Origin: Candidatus Hermodarchaeota archaeon
GTDB taxonomy: Archaea > Asgardarchaeota > Hermodarchaeia > Hermodarchaeales > Hermodarchaeaceae
Assembly: GCA_016839365.1 (NCBI GenBank)
Contig: JAEOUH010000071.1
Coordinates: 1-64,000, forward strand
Reading direction: 5' to 3'
DNA length: 64,000 nt
How positions within the stretch are numbered: position 1 is the first letter of the stretch; each line of letters opens with the position of its first letter. Position numbers and translations under genes: made by a program. The notes below the pieces were generated by a model. The model had not been told where the DNA came from. It ran no database searches and saw only the letters and a program-made list of their open reading frames with translations. Shown piece by piece: positions 59,605-64,000 of the stretch.

Positions 59605-59940
59605 CTGACAGACTGGTTCGCTCAAAAGACTCGAAACCTACTTTCAGCAATTACCCACCCCTCACGCGTGGCGATTCTAGAATTCTTATCTGACCGTGAT
59701 TTTGGAACAAATAAATCCCTTAGACAACACCTCAAAATGTTACAACCTAAAGCGGGTGGTGATTCACCAGCAGTAGTTACCCATCATGTCACTTTGCTTG
59801 AAAAATCTGGCCTGGTAAGGCATTCAGAGGATGATGCCCGGGTTATAGTTGCAACAGCGATGGGACGTAGAATGACTCGATTGTTAAGACAAATGATAAC
59901 TAATTCGGACTTGGAGGAGTCGTGGGATCGTTCCCTTTAG
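59605..59940 (+). CDS. ArsR-like winged-HTH regulator divergent from bzdN
   Basis: In-frame LLSAITHPSRVAILEFL...VVTHHVTLLEKSGLV. The N-terminal helix lies upstream of the track's GTG 59668; start proposed at CTG 59605. Confidence 0.72.
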   Translation: MTDWFAQKTRNLLSAITHPSRVAILEFLSDRDFGTNKSLRQHLKMLQPKAGGDSPAVVTHHVTLLEKSGLVRHSEDDARVIVATAMGRRMTRLLRQMITNSDLEESWDRSL

Positions 59941-60581
59941 AGATTGAATCCTTGTTCGCGAAGCACTTGAGTTAGATTCTTTCCCTGGTTACGGGCACGT
60001 TGCAGGAAAAATCGAAGGTAGCGATCGAAGAAAGGATTGCTACCCTTTGCCGCGAGGGGGATTCCGAGGATCATGTCACCTTCAATTAGCCTTAATCGTT
60101 GAGCTGCCATTCCCACCGACCACATCATTCGATTATCGATGAAGTGTTGGGCGGCTATAGTTATTGCAGATGAGAGGGCAATCCCTAAATCTAGGATTTT
60201 GAAGGCGCAGAGGGCCGTGGTTTTCTTTTGGCCAATCGCCTCTTCGTAATCAGCACAGGTATTGAATCCACACGCTTTACAATCGAGGGTAAGGGGCGGG
60301 CGTTTGGCATGGATACCTATAAGGAAAATGGCAGCACTTTCCTTGACAGCTTCAGCATCAGGTTCTAAAAACCAAAAGGTTGGGCTGGTGAGGTCTTCTT
60401 TGCGCATCTTTTCGATTTCTTTGGTAATTTGCCGAATTGTGGGCCCAGATACGATTTCAATTGTGAGATCATCGAATCCTTTGGATTTGGGAGCAGTGGT
60501 TGCAGCTGCGACCATTAGATTTGCCACAGTCTTGACTGCTTCGTTAGTGTGCTTCTCTCTTTTTGTTTGTATTTGATTCAC
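59937..60581 (-). CDS. DUF2148 ferredoxin-domain protein
   Basis: AAATTAPKSKG.D, DCKACGFNTC, CAFKILDLGIA, DNRMM, NPFFDR. Confidence 0.82.
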   Translation of the reverse strand: MNQIQTKREKHTNEAVKTVANLMVAAATTAPKSKGFDDLTIEIVSGPTIRQITKEIEKMRKEDLTSPTFWFLEPDAEAVKESAAIFLIGIHAKRPPLTLDCKACGFNTCADYEEAIGQKKTTALCAFKILDLGIALSSAITIAAQHFIDNRMMWSVGMAAQRLRLIEGDMILGIPLAAKGSNPFFDRYLRFFLQRARNQGKNLTQVLREQGFNL

Positions 60582-60624
60582 CCTTCTGTGGATAATTTTA
60601 GGTAACCGATAGTCGTGTGCACAT

Positions 60625-61914
60625 TCAACTCTTCGGTGCTTTCCCGGTAATGGCTTCTACAATATTCCAGAACTCATCTTCTTTCAAACCAAGTCGGGTT
60701 TCTCGGAGGAGCTCCGCGGCTTTTTGTAATTGGCGAAGCATTTCGACTTTATCTCGGAGTTTATGTGTTTCTTTCACTTGCAATACAATTTGTCTGATCT
60801 CTTCATCGGTGGCTTCGATGTTTTCTTGCTCTAGTTTAGTTTTTACAATTTGACTCCCAGTGTGTTTCCCCAAGTAGAATTCAGTTTTGCGTCCAACCGT
60901 TTCAGCAGGAATGGGTTCATAGGTTAGTCGGTGGGAGAGTATGCCATGAACGTGGATGCCTGCTTCATGGGAAAAAGCGTTTTCACCAGTAATGGCTTTA
61001 TGGACGGGAAGGAGGATAGCAAACGCTTGACTCACCATATCGGCAAGTTCTTGGATTTTTTCGGTTTTGATGCCCGTTCGAACGTCATAAAGGAATTCGA
61101 GTGCCATGACTACTTCTTCGAGGGGCGCATTACCCGCACGTTCACCAAAACCAGCGATACACACATGTGGAACCGTAACACCTTCCTCTACTGCTGCTAG
61201 GGTGTTGGCAGTGGCTAGACCAAAGTCATTGTGGTTATGAATGGAGAGCGGAACTTTGCCTTTGACTTCCTGGTTCAGGCGGTCACGGATTTGGGAGACC
61301 AGATATCGCATCGATTCTGGTCTTAAGAAACCTACAGTATCGGTGATTACACACCGATCTGCACCAGCTTCCATTGCAGTTTTGAAGATTTTCACTGTGT
61401 TATCAATGCTTGTGCGTGATGTGTCTTCGGTCACGAAATCAACAATAACTCCGTGCTTCTTTGCATATTCTACACAATCGGCTGCGAGACTAAGTGCTTC
61501 TTCAGGGGTTTTCTTTAGCTTGTATTTCAGGTGAAGATTACTGAATGCAATGAAAATGGGTACTTCTTCGGCTCCTGCTTGGATGGCGACATCGATATCC
61601 GATTTGATTGCACGAGCTGGTGCACAAATTTTGGCTTGTTTAAAGCCTTCAGCGGATATTCGGCGAACGACCTCTTCTTCATCTTTTGAAACAGCGGGAA
61701 AGCCGACATTAATTATGGCAATTCCCATCTCATCCATGAGCTTAGCAATTTCGATTTTTTCGTCAACCAAAAGACTAGGGCCTGGTGTCTGTTCACCATC
61801 GCGAAGGGTTTCATCCCAAATAAGAACTTCTTTGGGGAGATACTTTGGTTTTGTTTGGGGAACCTTGTTAAAGTTCACAATTAGGCCATCAGCCTCTAAT
61901 TTTTCTAACATCAT
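60625..61914 (-). CDS. homocitrate/isopropylmalate synthase family enzyme (DRE-TIM, no LeuA regulatory domain)
   Basis: DETLRDGEQTPG, HNHNDFGLATAN, GERAGNA, HEAGIH, GKHTG. Confidence 0.9.
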   Translation of the reverse strand: MMLEKLEADGLIVNFNKVPQTKPKYLPKEVLIWDETLRDGEQTPGPSLLVDEKIEIAKLMDEMGIAIINVGFPAVSKDEEEVVRRISAEGFKQAKICAPARAIKSDIDVAIQAGAEEVPIFIAFSNLHLKYKLKKTPEEALSLAADCVEYAKKHGVIVDFVTEDTSRTSIDNTVKIFKTAMEAGADRCVITDTVGFLRPESMRYLVSQIRDRLNQEVKGKVPLSIHNHNDFGLATANTLAAVEEGVTVPHVCIAGFGERAGNAPLEEVVMALEFLYDVRTGIKTEKIQELADMVSQAFAILLPVHKAITGENAFSHEAGIHVHGILSHRLTYEPIPAETVGRKTEFYLGKHTGSQIVKTKLEQENIEATDEEIRQIVLQVKETHKLRDKVEMLRQLQKAAELLRETRLGLKEDEFWNIVEAITGKAPKS

Positions 61915-62019
61915 TGTCCTCGGCCAACCTGTACCTCCAATATGGATAGTATAGACTTAAGTCTCTTTCTTGTCTATTAAGTAAGAACCTTTGAACTCAT
62001 ATCAGGAAGGAGAAAAACC

Positions 62020-62796
62020 ATGGGTTCTGGATATGCGAATTTGAAAGTTGAAGTTTCAGATGGTGTGGGGGAGATTTTAGTGGATCGTCCACCCCTAAAT
62101 ATCCTGGATCAACAAACACTGACAGAACTTCACAAGGCTTTGTTACAAGTGAAGGCAGACTCTGGAGTGAATATTGTTCTTCTGAGAACAGCAGGTGATC
62201 GATTCTTTTCCGTTGGAGTGGATGTAGAACAGCATCTGCCTGAACATGCCCCGAAAACTTTAGATGCATTCAATAAAGTCTTTGAAGCCCTCATCGATGT
62301 CGATAAACCTGTCATTGCTGTTGTTCAAGGATCAGCCTTGGGTGGAGGATGTGAGCTTGCCTTTGCTTGTGATCTTGTGATCGCTGTGGATTCAGCCAAG
62401 TTTGGTCAACCAGAAATTCAAGTAGGTGCAGTCCCTACGGTTGCTGCCGCAGCCATGCATCATCTTATTGGTCAAAAACGAACCTTCGAGTTACTTTATA
62501 CTGGAGATAGTATTTCTGCTGAAAAGGCTGAACGGATTGGACTAATTAACCATGCTGTGCCAGCTGACCAGTTAGAGAAGGCAGTCAATGAATTTGTAAC
62601 TAAACTTAAGGAACACAGTCCAATCATGCTTCGATACGTTCGACGAGCCGTGTATGAGAGTATGCACCTCGACTTTAAGCAAGCTGTCGAAAAATCAACT
62701 GAGATTTACCTCGACTCGTTGAAAAACACTGAGGATGCATCTGAGGGACTCAAAGCATTCCTGGAGAAACGTAAACCGAAATGGACAGGAAAATAA
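62020..62796 (+). CDS. dch: enoyl-CoA hydratase, probably cyclohexa-1,5-dienecarbonyl-CoA hydratase (BzdW/Dch)
   Basis: RPPLNIL, FSVGVDVEQHLP, ALGGGCEL, GQPEI; bzd context. Confidence 0.82.
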   Translation: MGSGYANLKVEVSDGVGEILVDRPPLNILDQQTLTELHKALLQVKADSGVNIVLLRTAGDRFFSVGVDVEQHLPEHAPKTLDAFNKVFEALIDVDKPVIAVVQGSALGGGCELAFACDLVIAVDSAKFGQPEIQVGAVPTVAAAAMHHLIGQKRTFELLYTGDSISAEKAERIGLINHAVPADQLEKAVNEFVTKLKEHSPIMLRYVRRAVYESMHLDFKQAVEKSTEIYLDSLKNTEDASEGLKAFLEKRKPKWTGK

Positions 62797-62811
62797 AGAT
62801 ACAGATGAAGA

Positions 62812-63843
62812 TTAAGGAATAACGAGAATCCGACCAATAACCTTGCCTTCTTCTAGGAGTTCGAAGGCTTCATTGATTTCTGTTAATGGACGTTTGCTAT
62901 CGATTAGCGGTTTGATTTGAATGACACCTTGTTCTACCATCCTCAGGAGAGGAGGATAATCCACGGGGCGACAACCTAGCGATCCACGAATTTCGACTTC
63001 TCGGAACATGATTCGGGATGCTGAAACAGTCCAATCGGATTCAGCATACCCTACCACCACCATCCGACCACCCCACCTCACAACGGCCAAGGCTTGACTC
63101 ATTACGTCAGGAATGCCAATGGCTTCAAAGGAGATATCCACACCACGCTTATTGGTTAGAGCTCGAATCTGCTTGACGGGATTCTCATCCGTCGAGTTAA
63201 TGGTCACAGTAGCTCCAAGTTTTTCAGCGAGTTTGAGCTTCTTGTCATCAATATCGACAGCATACACAATGCCACCTGCGGCAGCAGCGATTTGAACCAC
63301 ATTGATACCCACTCCACCACAACCAAATACAGCCACCAAATCTCCTGGACGTACTTCGCCACGGTTCTTTACCGCATGGTAGGGTGTTGAAATTGCATCG
63401 GCAACGATGCTCGTGTCTTCTAAAGGTAATGAGTCAGGAATTCGAAAGAGATCCTTTGCAGGGACACGGATATATTCAGAATAGGCTCCATCTATGTTGT
63501 TTCCTACCATTTCTTGGTTTTGACAGACATTTTCGCGCCCTAACCGGCAATTTTCACAAAATCCACAGCTAAGAACGGCCGGAATTAACACGCGATCTCC
63601 TTTAACCCAGTTATTGACTGCAGATCCAAGTTCGGTAATAGTACCTGAAGCTTCATGACCAAGTATCAAGGGAGGTTTCTTGAAAGTCGGAGTACCATGC
63701 AAATAGTGAAGGTCAGTTCTACATACTCCACAGGCTGCCACTTTAATCAAAACGTCACTTGATCCAAGTTCTGGTGTAGGTATATCTTCAATTTTGAGCG
63801 GTTTTCCTGCTTCATAGAATACTGCAGCTTTCAATGAGAACAC
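62812..63843 (-). CDS. had: Zn-dependent alcohol dehydrogenase, probably 6-hydroxycyclohex-1-ene-1-carbonyl-CoA dehydrogenase (BzdX/Had)
   Basis: CGVCRTD, GHE, IPAVLSCGFCENC...C, VADAISTPYHA, GCGGVG, GSLGC; bzd context. Confidence 0.8.
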   Translation of the reverse strand: MFSLKAAVFYEAGKPLKIEDIPTPELGSSDVLIKVAACGVCRTDLHYLHGTPTFKKPPLILGHEASGTITELGSAVNNWVKGDRVLIPAVLSCGFCENCRLGRENVCQNQEMVGNNIDGAYSEYIRVPAKDLFRIPDSLPLEDTSIVADAISTPYHAVKNRGEVRPGDLVAVFGCGGVGINVVQIAAAAGGIVYAVDIDDKKLKLAEKLGATVTINSTDENPVKQIRALTNKRGVDISFEAIGIPDVMSQALAVVRWGGRMVVVGYAESDWTVSASRIMFREVEIRGSLGCRPVDYPPLLRMVEQGVIQIKPLIDSKRPLTEINEAFELLEEGKVIGRILVIP

Positions 63844-64000
63844 CAGAGGTAAGTATCTGAACTTGAACCTTATATCATTTTATGACGGTTAATTTCTTTA
63901 GGAAGATTGGTGAACTGGAAAAAGTAAAGATTTTTGATTTCTGTCGAAGGAGGTTGAGGAGAGTATCAATGGAAAGTGCAGATTCGGGTGTCACAATCCG

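Noticed and set aside
63969-64000. Start of a + strand CDS (ATG 63969 after GGAG)
   Set aside because: Only about 10 codons are in the window, so no product can be assigned.
1-64000. CRISPR arrays, rRNA, tRNA, transposases, integrases
   Set aside because: No periodic repeats or diagnostic motifs were seen by eye; tRNAscan-SE, barrnap and CRISPR finders were not run.

Overview
Gene-dense archaeal chromosomal window with TATA-like boxes, GGAGG/GAGGTGA Shine-Dalgarno (SD) sites and several apparently leaderless genes. A longin-like/small-GTPase fusion, a membrane RING-like protein and many zinc-ribbon membrane proteins point to an Asgard archaeon. This is an inference; the class I benzoyl-CoA reductase fits lineages such as Hermodarchaeota. 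From 1 to 46 kb the window holds many peptidases (M24, M1, TldD/PmbA, C11-like, M3, M32), MFS and SatP transporters, a RACo-type corrinoid activator, a DtxR-feoB operon with a clear operator, an HTH/thioredoxin module, grpE-dnaK-dnaJ, glnA, hisC and Lrp/ilvE. From 48.6 to 63.8 kb it holds an anaerobic aromatic-degradation cluster: iorAB, bzdNOPQ, bzdM, bzdV-, bzdT- and bzdU-like genes, dch and had, plus an ArsR-like regulator. The best unexplained signals are (1) a ~220-nt highly structured, switch-like non-coding region upstream of grpE-dnaK-dnaJ, (2) a clostripain-fold membrane protein whose His/Cys dyad is replaced by Lys/Ser, (3) a TM-NZF-RING protein, (4) a FeoB with a large G-domain insertion plus an unannotated Cys-rich partner, and (5) a probable CTG start codon for the regulator divergent from bzdN. 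No rRNA, tRNA, CRISPR array or transposase was recognised. All calls come from reading motifs by eye; no database searches were run.
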